Assembly (NCBI GenBank): GCA_945860915.1
Contig: CAMARR010000009.1
Span: forward strand, 41,034-105,033
Direction: 5' to 3'
DNA from: Candidatus Kuenenia stuttgartensis
GTDB lineage: Bacteria; Planctomycetota; GCA-002687715; CAIWVZ01
DNA: 64,000 bases
A program made the position numbers and the translations under genes. Shown piece after piece: positions 25,569 to 35,310 of this stretch; within the stretch, counting starts at the first letter, position 1; every line of letters starts with the position of its first letter. Under the pieces are notes generated by a model. That model was not told where the DNA came from, ran no database searches, and saw nothing but the letters and a program-made list of their open reading frames with translations.

Positions 25569-27392
25569 TCAGGAGTCGGAGGATTTGCGCATCCGTTCGC
25601 GATCGTTCGGTCGAAGTGACGCTTTGCGAATGCGCACGGCATCTGGCGTAATCTCGACGAGCTCATCATCTTCGATGTACTCAAGCGCCGCTTCAACCGT
25701 ATAACGCCTCGGCGGCGGGAGCACGAGTTTCTCATCCGCCGAAGTCGTGCGGATATTGGTGAGTTTCTTCGCCTTGCAGACATTGACGTCGAGGTCGTTG
25801 TCCTTGGAATTCTCGCCGACAACCATCCCCTCATAGACCTTGTCCTGAGGATCGATGAAGAACGTGCCGCGGTCTTTCAGCTTGAACAGCGCGTAGGCGT
25901 TCGCATCTCCGCTTTCGGTAGACACCAACACGCCGTTGATGCGCGTCGGAAGATCGCCCTTCCACGGCTCGTATGCAGCGAAGATATGGTGAATCTGGGC
26001 TTCCCCCGCCGTGAGGTTGAGAGCCTTGGTTCGGATGCCGATGAGCCCACGCGATGGGCAGCGGAATTCCATTAGGACGTGGCCCTCATGGCTTTCCATC
26101 GTCGCAAGTTCGCCTCGGCGTTGGCCGAGGAGCTCGATGATCTTGCCTGCGCTGACTTCGGGCACTTCGACTGTGACCGTCTCAATCGGTTCGCACTTCT
26201 GGCCGTCGATTGTCTTAATGACGACCTTAGGCTTTGCGACGCAGATTTCGAATCCCTCACGACGCATGTTCTCGATCAGCACCCCAAGGTGCAGAACTCC
26301 GCGCCCATACACCTTGATGACCTCTGGGCGGTCCGTGTCTTCGACTCGTAGCGCAACGTTGCGGAGCAACTCCTTCGCGAGGCGGTCGCGAATCTGGCGG
26401 CTGGTGACGTACTTGCCGGCCTGGCCGACAAAGGGGCCATCGTTTACCGAGAACAACATCGAAATTGTGGGTTCGTCCACGCCGACATGCGGAAGCGCCT
26501 CGGGATTAATCGGGCACGCGATGGTGTCACCGATATCGCAATCCTCGATGCCTTCGATTGCGCAGATATCTCCGCAATAAACGACTGGGCGCTGATCACG
26601 CCGCAAGCCTTCAAAAACCATGACGCGCTTGACGGAAGCCGACTTCACTGAACCGTCGCGCTTCATGACCTTAACCTGACCAGGCTTCATCACGCCGCGA
26701 CGGACGCGACCCACGGCGACGCGCCCCGTGAAGTCGTTGTACTCAAGGCTTGTCACTTGGAACTGAAGCGGACCTTCGATGTCGACTAGAGGCTGCGGGA
26801 CTCGCTCAACGATGGCATCAAACAGCGGGAGCAGATTGACGTTCTCGTCGTGAAGCTCACGCTTCGCCCAACCCGCGCGGCCCGAGGCAAAGAGGACTGG
26901 GAAATCGAGTTGACGATCGGTCGCGCCGAGCTCGACCATGAGATCGAACACTTCGTTGACGACCTCTTCCGGACGCGCGTCCGGTCGATCCAATTTATTG
27001 ACAACCAAGATTGGCAACAGGCCGGCAGCGAGTGCCTTGCGAGTCACGAAGCGAGTCTGTGGCATCGGGCCTTCTGCGGCATCCACCAGCAGCACTACAC
27101 CGTCTGCCATGCCGAGAACGCGCTCGACTTCACCGCCGAAATCGGCGTGTCCCGGCGTGTCGATCAGGTTGATCTTTACGTCCTTGTAGGGGACCGAGAT
27201 GTTTTTCGCGAGGATGGTGATTCCTCGCTCGCGCTCGAGGTCGTTAGAGTCCATGAAACAGTCGGGGAGCGCTTGATTGGAGCGCAAGATGCCGGACTGC
27301 TCCACGAGGCGATCCACCAATGTGGTTTTACCGTGGTCTACGTGGGCGATGATCGCCACATTGCGAATGGCGGAAGCGGACGTCGTGATCAT
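25569..27392 (-). CDS. typA: translational GTPase TypA/BipA
   Basis: The track ORF runs to 27464. I prefer ATG 27392 ([27 protein letters not shown]). G-motifs [16 protein letters not shown] and NKLDR. Confidence 0.95.
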   Translation of the reverse strand: MITTSASAIRNVAIIAHVDHGKTTLVDRLVEQSGILRSNQALPDCFMDSNDLERERGITILAKNISVPYKDVKINLIDTPGHADFGGEVERVLGMADGVVLLVDAAEGPMPQTRFVTRKALAAGLLPILVVNKLDRPDARPEEVVNEVFDLMVELGATDRQLDFPVLFASGRAGWAKRELHDENVNLLPLFDAIVERVPQPLVDIEGPLQFQVTSLEYNDFTGRVAVGRVRRGVMKPGQVKVMKRDGSVKSASVKRVMVFEGLRRDQRPVVYCGDICAIEGIEDCDIGDTIACPINPEALPHVGVDEPTISMLFSVNDGPFVGQAGKYVTSRQIRDRLAKELLRNVALRVEDTDRPEVIKVYGRGVLHLGVLIENMRREGFEICVAKPKVVIKTIDGQKCEPIETVTVEVPEVSAGKIIELLGQRRGELATMESHEGHVLMEFRCPSRGLIGIRTKALNLTAGEAQIHHIFAAYEPWKGDLPTRINGVLVSTESGDANAYALFKLKDRGTFFIDPQDKVYEGMVVGENSKDNDLDVNVCKAKKLTNIRTTSADEKLVLPPPRRYTVEAALEYIEDDELVEITPDAVRIRKASLRPNDRERMRKSSDS

Positions 27393-27494
27393 GGAGGGGT
27401 TTCCCGGCACGGAGCGGGGCCGCATCCGGAGGGAACAACATGCACCTTCCCGCCCTTCGTTCAAGGCGACGCCCCATCGAAAGTCCCGAATCCC

Positions 27495-28337
27495 CTACCG
27501 ACGTTTGGTCTTTCGACGCACCCGACCCGTCCCTTCGGGGGCAGGCGGGCCCTCCCATGCAGGGGGGGGGGCATCGGCGACACGAGGGTCTAAAACGCTC
27601 GATCGCGGCGCAGGACGGGGCCTCGGAGCACGCGAGGGAATCTCACGATTCGCCCCGTCCAACCCCTCGCGAGTCCCCGCGCCCGAGGATTGGTCACTCT
27701 CGCCGGCCTTCGCGCGCGCTTCACGGAGAATTGCCACGACTTCCTCCGCGCTGTCAGCCATCTTCCAGAGGACGAGATCCTTCTCGCTGATGGTCTTTCG
27801 AACGAGCAACGTGTCCTTGATCCATGAAATCAGGCCCGCCCAAAATGGGCTATCGACCAAAATGACCGGAAAATTCTTGATCTTCGCTGTCTGTATAAGT
27901 GTGAGCGCCTCGAACATCTCGTCGAGAGTCCCGAATCCACCGGGCATCACGACATACGCTTGCGCGTAGCGCATGAACATGACCTTACGCGCGAAGAAGT
28001 AATCAAAGTCAACCTGGACATTGACGAATGGGTTCGCCGATGTCTCCCACGGAAGCTCGATCAGGAGTCCGACAGATGGGGCATCCGCCATTGCCGCGCC
28101 ACGATTCGCAGCTTCCATAATCCCGGGACCTCCGCCCGTAATGACCGCGTAGCCCTCGCGGGCAAGCGCTTCTGCAACTTCCAAGGCCAGCCGGTACTCG
28201 CGACTATCTTCTGGAAATCGGGCCCCGCCAAACATAGAAACCGCCGGCCCCAGTTTGCGAAGAGTCTCAAACCCATCCACAAATTCGCCGAGGATCTTGA
28301 ACACCATCCACGTGTCTTCAGTCTTGAAGTCTTTCAC
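27495..28337 (-). CDS. LOG family (TIGR00730-type) nucleotide phosphoribohydrolase with Pro/Arg-rich C-terminal tail
   Basis: 280 aa, GTG start overlapping the upstream stop (GTGA). Motifs VITGGGPGIMEAANRGA and PGGFGTLDEMFEALTLIQT. The last ~75 aa are low complexity. Confidence 0.85.
   Translation of the reverse strand: MKDFKTEDTWMVFKILGEFVDGFETLRKLGPAVSMFGGARFPEDSREYRLALEVAEALAREGYAVITGGGPGIMEAANRGAAMADAPSVGLLIELPWETSANPFVNVQVDFDYFFARKVMFMRYAQAYVVMPGGFGTLDEMFEALTLIQTAKIKNFPVILVDSPFWAGLISWIKDTLLVRKTISEKDLVLWKMADSAEEVVAILREARAKAGESDQSSGAGTREGLDGANREIPSRAPRPRPAPRSSVLDPRVADAPPPAWEGPPAPEGTGRVRRKTKRR
27562..27571. repeat. G10/C10 homopolymer tract
   Basis: Ten consecutive G on the plus strand (aGGGGGGGGGGc). 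On the minus strand this encodes APPPA in the LOG tail. It lies about 170 nt upstream of the typA start. Confidence 0.9.
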
Positions 28338-29224
28338 GATTCACTCCGCGGCAGTTCCATCTTGAGGCAGAACACCGAACCACCCGACTTGCGAAACTCG
28401 GTCATCGGCAGTCGAACCACATTCCATCCGAGCTCCTCCAGAAGCACGGCGGTCCGCGGCGAGGCATCATCGATAATCACCGATTCGCCTCCGACGACAT
28501 GAAGATTACATGCAAAGCCACGCTCGCCCTCGTCCTCGACGGGCGAAATCCAATCGGGAAATAGATCTTCGATCGCATCCCACGACACAGGGTCGAATGC
28601 CTTCGGGCAGACCAAAGCGCGCGAGCCATCAAGCGGTGCAAGGCAAGTATCGAGGTGATACCACCGCGGATCGACAAGTCGCAGCGGCACCACGGGAACA
28701 CCGACGAGAGCTTCAATTTCGATAAGCGCACGTTCGGACGTGCGAAACCCGTGCCCCCCAAGAAGCGCCGGGCGAGTCGGATGCCACAAGAGATCACCCA
28801 TACCTTCGAGAAGTCCCCAGCTCGGGTCCGGGACATGGATCGTGTAGCCACGTTCTTCGTACCACCGCCGGAAGTACGGCACCTCGGGGCGACGCTCCAC
28901 CGACGCCATGCTTGAAAGGAGTACATGCAACGAGCCATCGGCGGTTCGCCAAGGGAATGTCTGATTCGCGGTGAACACCATGTCGGGAAGGCCCGCCACC
29001 CCCGGAATCACGTTGACCTCGACGCCAAGCCGCTCATAAGCGTTCTTCAGGCCATGCCATTGAGCAACCGCCCGGGGTCGATCGACTTCTGAAAGTCTCC
29101 CATCGTCTCCAACCATGTGAGGGTTGATTGCATAGACCACATCGAAATGGTCCGGTGAGCAGAGCAAAACTCGAGGACTCCCCATCCAACCGATCCTTTC
29201 GGTGCACGAAGCGGCCCGTAGCAT
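28334..29224 (-). CDS. amidinotransferase / DDAH-like guanidino-group-modifying enzyme
   Basis: 296 aa. VLLCSPDHFDVVYAINPHM N-terminus, GHGFRTS, WYHLDTCLAPL (HLDT motif) and a C-terminal GGSVFCLK (candidate catalytic Cys). An alternative start is at ATG 29185. Confidence 0.7.
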   Translation of the reverse strand: MLRAASCTERIGWMGSPRVLLCSPDHFDVVYAINPHMVGDDGRLSEVDRPRAVAQWHGLKNAYERLGVEVNVIPGVAGLPDMVFTANQTFPWRTADGSLHVLLSSMASVERRPEVPYFRRWYEERGYTIHVPDPSWGLLEGMGDLLWHPTRPALLGGHGFRTSERALIEIEALVGVPVVPLRLVDPRWYHLDTCLAPLDGSRALVCPKAFDPVSWDAIEDLFPDWISPVEDEGERGFACNLHVVGGESVIIDDASPRTAVLLEELGWNVVRLPMTEFRKSGGSVFCLKMELPRSES

Positions 29225-29253
29225 AGCCCTCTCGGCAATGCCGGACGATCCCC

Positions 29254-31131
29254 ATGACTGACATCCTTGAACTCATCTCCGGCCTCACGCGGCAAGCGGT
29301 GCAAAAGACTTTCGGAACCGACGTCGGCCCTTTGGCTTTGGAGTTCGCTGAGAACGCCGCACACGGCGACCTCACGGTGAATGCCTTTCATCTTGCCAAG
29401 GCGCTCCGCAAGCCGCCCCCCGCACTTGCCGCATCGCTCGCGGCCGCCCTCTCCGGGCAGGGCCCCATCACGAAGGCCGAGGCGGTGGGCGGCTATGTCA
29501 ACCTGACTCTTGACCGCGCGACACTGGTGGACAGCGCCGTGCGACCGGTTCTTGACGACGCCGCGAATGCCGGTCGCAACAATCTCCTAAATGGCAGAAG
29601 CATGCTGGTGGAGTTCTCGGCGCCCAACACCAATAAGCCACAGCACCTTGGCCATCTCCGCAATAACTTCCTCGGCGATACGGTCGCACGAATTCTCGCG
29701 AATGCGGGCGCAAAAGTGAACCGGGTCAACCTGATCAATGATCGCGGCATTCACATCTGCAAGTCAATGCTTGCCTACCAGCAGTTCGGCAACGGCGAAA
29801 CCCCAAAGACGGTCGGGCGCAAGGGAGACCACTTCGTCGGCGAGTGGTATGTCCGTTTCGAGAAGGAATTTCAACTAGAAGTTGACGCGTATATCGAGTC
29901 GAACGAAGCTGCATTCCAGTCCTATTTTGAGACCCACCGTCTCGACAGAAAGGGCCAGCCGCGCGTTGAAGCCGACGTCCGAAAGGAATGGCGTGCGACG
30001 TTCAAGGAAGAGAACTTTGGCAAGATCCCCATGGGAGCCGCGGCGCAGGAAATGCTGCGCCAATGGGAAGCCGGCGATTCTTCGACAGTCGCCCTGTGGA
30101 AAGAGATGAACTCGTGGGTGTTCGAGGGATTCGACTCGACATATCGCCGGCTCGGAATTTCGTTCGACAAGATCTACTACGAGAGCGAGGCGTACAAACT
30201 CGGACGCAATCTCATCCTCGATGGTCTCGAAAAGGGCATCTTCTCTAGGCGCGCCGATGGCGCGGTCGAAATTGATTTGTCGGACAAAGGTCTTGGCAAG
30301 AAGGTCGTCCTACGATCCGACGGAACGTCGATTTACATCACCCAAGACATCGGCACGACAGTTGCGAAAGCAGAGGAATGGAAGGCCGACGGCCAGATTT
30401 GGGTCGTGGCCGACGAACAACGCCACCACTTTGCAAATCTCTTCGCCATCTTAGTGAAGATGGGCTACCCCTGGGCGGGCAATCTTCACCATTTAGCCTA
30501 TGGGATGGTGAATCTCCCAGAGGGGCGCATGAAGTCCCGCGAAGGAACGGTAGTCGACGCCGACGACCTGCTCGACGAGGTCGTCGCCCTGGCTTCCGAG
30601 GAGATTCGTCGCCGTGACGACCAGGCGACGGATGCCGACATCGCGCGACGCGCCGAGTCCATCGCACTCGCGGCCTTGCGATTCATGTTGCTTAAAGTTT
30701 TGCCATCGACAACGATGATCTACAATCCGAAGGAATCCATCGCCTTTGACGGAGAGACTGGCCCATATCTGCTCTACACACATGCGAGAATGACCCGCAT
30801 GTTCGCGGAGTCAGGGCAATCGGAGCATGGTGGGGCGACAAAATTCGACGCGGGGCTCTTAGTCGAGCCGAGCGAGATCGCGATCGCACGCGTGCTCTTG
30901 CAATTCCGTCAGGCAACCGAGCGCGCCGCTCGTGATTACGCGCCGTCAGCCGTTGCCAAATGGCTGGTGGACATCGCCCAAGCGGCGAACACGTGGTACC
31001 AAGAGGTTCCGATCCTCAAAGCCGCTGACCCTGCTCTTCGCGAGTCTCGTCTGGTCTTGGCAAAAGCCATCGCAGAAGCCATCGCCGCCGGCTCCGCTCT
31101 ACTCGGCATCCAAATGGTCGGCCGCATGTGA
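29254..31131 (+). CDS. argS: arginine--tRNA ligase
   Basis: 625 aa. Class I HIGH-type motif PQHLGHLRN, KMSKS-like RMKSREGT, and a C-terminal anticodon-binding (DALR) region. Confidence 0.95.
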   Translation: MTDILELISGLTRQAVQKTFGTDVGPLALEFAENAAHGDLTVNAFHLAKALRKPPPALAASLAAALSGQGPITKAEAVGGYVNLTLDRATLVDSAVRPVLDDAANAGRNNLLNGRSMLVEFSAPNTNKPQHLGHLRNNFLGDTVARILANAGAKVNRVNLINDRGIHICKSMLAYQQFGNGETPKTVGRKGDHFVGEWYVRFEKEFQLEVDAYIESNEAAFQSYFETHRLDRKGQPRVEADVRKEWRATFKEENFGKIPMGAAAQEMLRQWEAGDSSTVALWKEMNSWVFEGFDSTYRRLGISFDKIYYESEAYKLGRNLILDGLEKGIFSRRADGAVEIDLSDKGLGKKVVLRSDGTSIYITQDIGTTVAKAEEWKADGQIWVVADEQRHHFANLFAILVKMGYPWAGNLHHLAYGMVNLPEGRMKSREGTVVDADDLLDEVVALASEEIRRRDDQATDADIARRAESIALAALRFMLLKVLPSTTMIYNPKESIAFDGETGPYLLYTHARMTRMFAESGQSEHGGATKFDAGLLVEPSEIAIARVLLQFRQATERAARDYAPSAVAKWLVDIAQAANTWYQEVPILKAADPALRESRLVLAKAIAEAIAAGSALLGIQMVGRM

Positions 31132-31136
31132 TCGCA

Positions 31137-31161
31137 TCGAGGCCCCTCTGCGAGGCCTCGA
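31137..31161. terminator. hairpin between convergent argS and speA stops
   Basis: TCGAGGCC (31137-31144) pairs with GGCCTCGA (31154-31161): an 8-bp GC-rich stem with a 9-nt loop and no U-tract on either side. Confidence 0.35.
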
Positions 31162-31174
31162 CCGAGACTATGCG

Positions 31175-33154
31175 TCAACGCTTGAGGTAAGTGCCGGAAG
31201 AGACGATGCGCATGAAGCAGTCGCGGTAGCGCACAGCTTCAAGAGAGTCATCGCCACCCCAACGCTCGTCGAAGCGGGCGCGCAAGAGCGACAGTGGATA
31301 GCCGAATACTTCCATGGCCTCGGCAACAGTCGTGCCACGGTACTGATTTATGATCGAGAAACTGCCGTCGTCATCGATGATGATGCTGGCTTCGTTTGCA
31401 GCGCCGAACAGGTTGTGAAAATCGCCAAGCGTGTCCTGATAGGCACCGACCAAAAAGAGGCCGAGGTGGAATGGCTCGTCGGTATTCAGAGTCGGAAGCG
31501 GCAACGTCCGCTTGATGCCGGCGCAACCCACGAAATCGTCGATGCGCCCGTCGGAATCGCACGTGATGTCGCCAATCGTCGCCTCCGTCACGGGATCGTC
31601 CAGAAGGCGCGTCAGCGGCATCATCGGAAAGACCTGACGGAACGCCCACGTGTCGGGCACGCTCTGAAAGATCGAGAAGTTGCAAATGAACCGAGGCGCG
31701 GTCATCTCAACTAGGTCTGCGATTTCCTTTTCCGCAGCATCTTCGCGATCCCAAATCTGTGCGGCGCGCGAGCAGATGTCGTGAAACAGAGCCTCGCCGG
31801 CGGCGCGATCTTCGAGCGTCACGAACCCGAGCTTGAAGCTCGAGATCAGCTCGGCATGAAGGGATCGCGCGTCGTTGATGAGTTCGCGGCAATTATTCTT
31901 GCGCAGTTCATCCAACGTCGACTTGAGCTCCTTCACCTGGTGGCAAGCATCTTTGGCGATGTGAACTGGCCTAGATGAATCGCGGCCGATCACCTTGAGT
32001 GGCGTAACGACGGTTACTGCGTGGTACGCAAGCACGGCGCGACCCGACTCCGATACCAAAACCGGTGGCTCAACTTCTTCCTGCTCGCAAACAGTCTTCA
32101 CATTGTAGACCGCATCGCGGCAGTACTCCTCGAGCGTGTAGTTGAGCGACCAGTCCGTCGCGGTCGACGTTCCGTCGTAATCCACAGCAAGACCGCCACC
32201 CATGTCCAGGAACTCAAGCGACGGCGCACGTCGTTTGATGTGGCAGAACATGCGCGTCGCTTCCTTAATCGCTTCCTTCCATGCACGGATATCGCAAATC
32301 TGCGAACCAATGTGGAAGTGGATGAGCGACACCGAATCCATGCGACCTTCAGCCTGAAGGTAGTCGAGTGCTTCGAGGATTTCCGCTGTGGTTAAGCCGA
32401 ATTTCGCGTGCGAACCGCCGGACTCTTCCCACTTGCCGACGCCCGATGAATGAAGACGAACGCGGAAACCGATCTGAGGCTTGACGCCGATGTCTCGCGC
32501 CACTGTGATGATGTCCCGAACTTCGTGAATCGTCTCCGAAATCAATACAACACGTGAGCCTGCGGCCTGTCCGCGCAAAGCGAGTTCTATGAAGTCGCGA
32601 TCCTTGAATCCGTTGCAAAGCAACAAGGCTTCCGGATGAATCGTCATCGTGAGGGCGAGTGCGAGCTCACCTTTGGATCCCACTTCTAGCCCATAGCGAT
32701 GCCGGCCGCTCTGCTCAACCGCGGCTTCGACAACAACACGTTGTTGATTCACTTTGACGGGGAGAACGCCCTGATAGTGCTTTGGGTAGTCGAACTCCCG
32801 AATGGCAGCAGCGAAAGCATCATGAAGCCGTGTGACACGATGCTTGAGGATCTGAGGAAAGCGAAGAAGGAAGGGAGACCGAAAGCCCCGACGTTTGACT
32901 TCGTCGACGATGTCCGCAAGGCGAACGGCAGCTCCGGGCCGTTGGAGCGGATTTACGGTTGCACACCCCCCGTCATCCATCGTGAAGTAGCCGCCCCCCC
33001 ACTCGTTGACATTGTAGCGAGCGAGAGCCTCCTGTCGCTTTTTGTCACTGACAATCGGCGCCGAGACAATTGCGGTGCGATCGGACGATGCCGATGCCTG
33101 CGCAGGTGAAACAGGAGGTGTCGATGCCGGTGTCCCGGCCACGGGAGGATTCAT
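31175..33154 (-). CDS. speA: biosynthetic arginine decarboxylase
   Basis: 659 aa. LLRFPQIL and the PLP-lysine context LPVKVNQQRVV (compare E. coli YPIKVNQ, from memory). Group IV decarboxylase length and C-terminal domain. Confidence 0.9.
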   Translation of the reverse strand: MNPPVAGTPASTPPVSPAQASASSDRTAIVSAPIVSDKKRQEALARYNVNEWGGGYFTMDDGGCATVNPLQRPGAAVRLADIVDEVKRRGFRSPFLLRFPQILKHRVTRLHDAFAAAIREFDYPKHYQGVLPVKVNQQRVVVEAAVEQSGRHRYGLEVGSKGELALALTMTIHPEALLLCNGFKDRDFIELALRGQAAGSRVVLISETIHEVRDIITVARDIGVKPQIGFRVRLHSSGVGKWEESGGSHAKFGLTTAEILEALDYLQAEGRMDSVSLIHFHIGSQICDIRAWKEAIKEATRMFCHIKRRAPSLEFLDMGGGLAVDYDGTSTATDWSLNYTLEEYCRDAVYNVKTVCEQEEVEPPVLVSESGRAVLAYHAVTVVTPLKVIGRDSSRPVHIAKDACHQVKELKSTLDELRKNNCRELINDARSLHAELISSFKLGFVTLEDRAAGEALFHDICSRAAQIWDREDAAEKEIADLVEMTAPRFICNFSIFQSVPDTWAFRQVFPMMPLTRLLDDPVTEATIGDITCDSDGRIDDFVGCAGIKRTLPLPTLNTDEPFHLGLFLVGAYQDTLGDFHNLFGAANEASIIIDDDGSFSIINQYRGTTVAEAMEVFGYPLSLLRARFDERWGGDDSLEAVRYRDCFMRIVSSGTYLKR

Positions 33155-33216
33155 GCGGGAATCCTACGGATCTCGCCACACAAGTCCAACCCTTTTCGCC
33201 AGCCTACGAGCGGCCT

Positions 33217-33645
33217 TCATCGCGGCGGCGCTTCGTCTCCCCCGAGTTTCCTGAAAAGCGTTCCCATGGAATCGGTAACCCGCTGTTGAACGGAACGACT
33301 TTTTCGCCGAACTTCAGGGTTTTCTGCCGATTTGGCTTCGAAGTCCCGCGCCACGCACGACCGACAGCCAAGCACCGTGGTGTGGAAATCGATGTAATCC
33401 CTGACTGCAGTGTCTCCAAGAGCCGCCGCTGCATCCGCAAGTTCCGCCTCGGTCGGGCAAGAAATCCGCTCACGGAACCAAAGTCCCGAGATTGAATATT
33501 GCATGGCGAGGACTTCGTTCTCGAGAGAATCGAGCGCAATCTGGCAGGTCTTACAATCGCGCAGGTGCTCAGAGACGGTCGCGTCCGCGCGACCCGACTC
33601 GATGAATGCCGAAATCTCGGCAGCACGCAAACAGGACCGGCTCAT
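33217..33645 (-). CDS. putative soluble zinc-binding (ZAS-type) anti-sigma factor
   Basis: 142 aa. ATGA overlap with the ECF sigma stop. H-x3-C-x2-C motif (HLRDCKTCQ) plus a second His/Cys-x2-Cys element (FHTTVLGCRSC). No TM helix is evident. Confidence 0.55.
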   Translation of the reverse strand: MSRSCLRAAEISAFIESGRADATVSEHLRDCKTCQIALDSLENEVLAMQYSISGLWFRERISCPTEAELADAAAALGDTAVRDYIDFHTTVLGCRSCVARDFEAKSAENPEVRRKSRSVQQRVTDSMGTLFRKLGGDEAPPR

Positions 33646-34274
33646 GTGTCCCTCCAGAGCCCGGCGAAAAGATCTCGGCCTGGATCCTTCGCTTTGAGTC
33701 GTTCTTGCAGGTCTTTAATCGCTCGAAACTTAACGCCGGCGATCGACTTCTCGTCGTCGATCCCCAGTCTGTCGGCGATCTCTCGGTGCCTCCACGGTTT
33801 TAGGAAGCAGAGTTCGATGGTCTTAAGCTTGCGCCATTCTCCCTGCGCCTTGAGATCGGAGACCATTTCCCGAAGCGCCTCGACGAGCATGGCGCGTTGG
33901 CGCGACGCGAGTTCTCGTGTGGATTCGATCTGACTCGGCCGAGCGTGCCCGCTATCGACCGTCGAGAAGTAGGCCTCTCCATCGTCGGAATCGGGCAAGT
34001 TGACTTCTAGCTTCTTCTTGCGGAAGTGGTCGATCAACTTGTTGCGTGCAATGCCGACTAGATACTGCTCGACGTTGTAGCGATCATCGAAACGAGAGAT
34101 TCCTCGAATCGCGCCATGAAAGGTGTCTTGGACGAATTCCTCAACCAAACCGTCGTCCTGCACCTGCCGTCGTATGTAGCAATAGAGCCGATTGTTGTAA
34201 GCCTCGACCACGCGCGTCCATTCGGCGTCGTCGAGTGCCTTGAGTCGATCCAAGTCGAATTCTTCGCTCCCCAT
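33642..34274 (-). CDS. ECF-type RNA polymerase sigma factor
   Basis: The track ORF runs to 34769, but its first 165 codons are low complexity and overlap the divergent CDF gene. ATG 34274 (MGSEEFDLDRL) gives 210 aa, with region 2 (VEEFVQDTFHGAIRGISRFD) and region 4 HTH (HREIADRLGIDDEKSIAGVKFRAIKDL). Confidence 0.8.
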   Translation of the reverse strand: MGSEEFDLDRLKALDDAEWTRVVEAYNNRLYCYIRRQVQDDGLVEEFVQDTFHGAIRGISRFDDRYNVEQYLVGIARNKLIDHFRKKKLEVNLPDSDDGEAYFSTVDSGHARPSQIESTRELASRQRAMLVEALREMVSDLKAQGEWRKLKTIELCFLKPWRHREIADRLGIDDEKSIAGVKFRAIKDLQERLKAKDPGRDLFAGLWRDT

Positions 34275-34350
34275 TCTGAGAAAGTCTATCAGCGAAGCCC
34301 GGTCGAGGACGTACCTTGCATTACCCCTACCGCCCGTCGATACTCCCTGC

Positions 34351-35274
34351 ATGCCCTCCGAGCCCCCAACCAATACGCTTTCCCGAGATCGACCCGCCTT
34401 GATTGCCGCGGGAATCTCCGTTGGTTTGGCCGTGCTCAAGTTCGCCGGTTGGGGTATCACTGGATCAAGCGCGCTGCTCGCGGCCGCCGTTGATTCGGCG
34501 ACCGATGTGGTTGTCAGTTTGCTCAGCGCCTGGTCGGTTCGCGCTGCCGATGCTCCGCCTGATAAGGACCACCCGTATGGCCACGGAAAGCTCGAGCACA
34601 TGGCGTCCCTCGGGCAGGCCCTGCTGCTTCTCGGCTCCGCATTTGCGGTGCTGTCATCTGTCATTCGGCGCGGTGGCGAGTCGGCACCGCTCACCTCGCC
34701 ATATCTCGGGATCGGCATCGCGGTGGTCGGCGTTATTACACCGACTCTGCTCGCGCGCTTCTTAACCAAACGAGGAGCCGAGTTGCATTCACCTGCAACC
34801 GAAGCTGACGGCGCTCACTATGCGTCGGACTACTGGGTTAACGCGGGCGTCATCGTAGCGTTCGTCTCCGACATGTGGCTTGGATGGAAGATGGTCGACA
34901 ACATCATCGCCGTCATCATTTCCGTCGCCATCCTCCGACTCGCGGCACTCACCGGCGCGACCGCCCTGCGTGGGCTTATGGACGAGCAGATCGGGTCCGA
35001 CCATCTCAACGTCGTCGATGGGATCATCAAATCCCACCATCCCGACGTGCGGGGGTACCACGATCTCCTCTCTCGCCGGTCCGGTCCAAATCGCTTTATC
35101 CAATTCCACATGGAAATCGACGCGACGCTGTCTTTTCGCGACGCCCACCGCCTCGTCGAAACCGTATCGGCTGCCATTTCAGAGGCAATCCCCTACGCTC
35201 AAGTCACGATCCACGCCGACCCGTGGCCCCTTGAAGATGATGACCTAGAAGCCCCGAAAGTTCGGCTGGAGTGA
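34351..35274 (+). CDS. cation diffusion facilitator (CDF) family metal efflux transporter
   Basis: The track ORF starts at 34240; I prefer ATG 34351. TM2 has the DSATD site, TM5 has HYASD, and there is a C-terminal cytoplasmic domain (HDLLSRRSGPNRFIQFHMEID). Confidence 0.85.
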   Translation: MPSEPPTNTLSRDRPALIAAGISVGLAVLKFAGWGITGSSALLAAAVDSATDVVVSLLSAWSVRAADAPPDKDHPYGHGKLEHMASLGQALLLLGSAFAVLSSVIRRGGESAPLTSPYLGIGIAVVGVITPTLLARFLTKRGAELHSPATEADGAHYASDYWVNAGVIVAFVSDMWLGWKMVDNIIAVIISVAILRLAALTGATALRGLMDEQIGSDHLNVVDGIIKSHHPDVRGYHDLLSRRSGPNRFIQFHMEIDATLSFRDAHRLVETVSAAISEAIPYAQVTIHADPWPLEDDDLEAPKVRLE

Positions 35275-35310
35275 AATCCTGATGGGTCTGCGGTAGACTT
35301 CGCTCCCCCT

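Noticed and set aside
33642-34769. N-terminal extensions of track ORFs: the 375-aa form of the ECF sigma, plus the 8955, 22842, 24452, 36005 and 57607 starts and the 27464, 8934 and 51767 ends.
   Set aside because: The extended parts are low complexity. They overlap neighbouring or divergent genes, or they precede an internal start that reproduces the canonical N-terminus or signal peptide of the family. Shorter starts were adopted.
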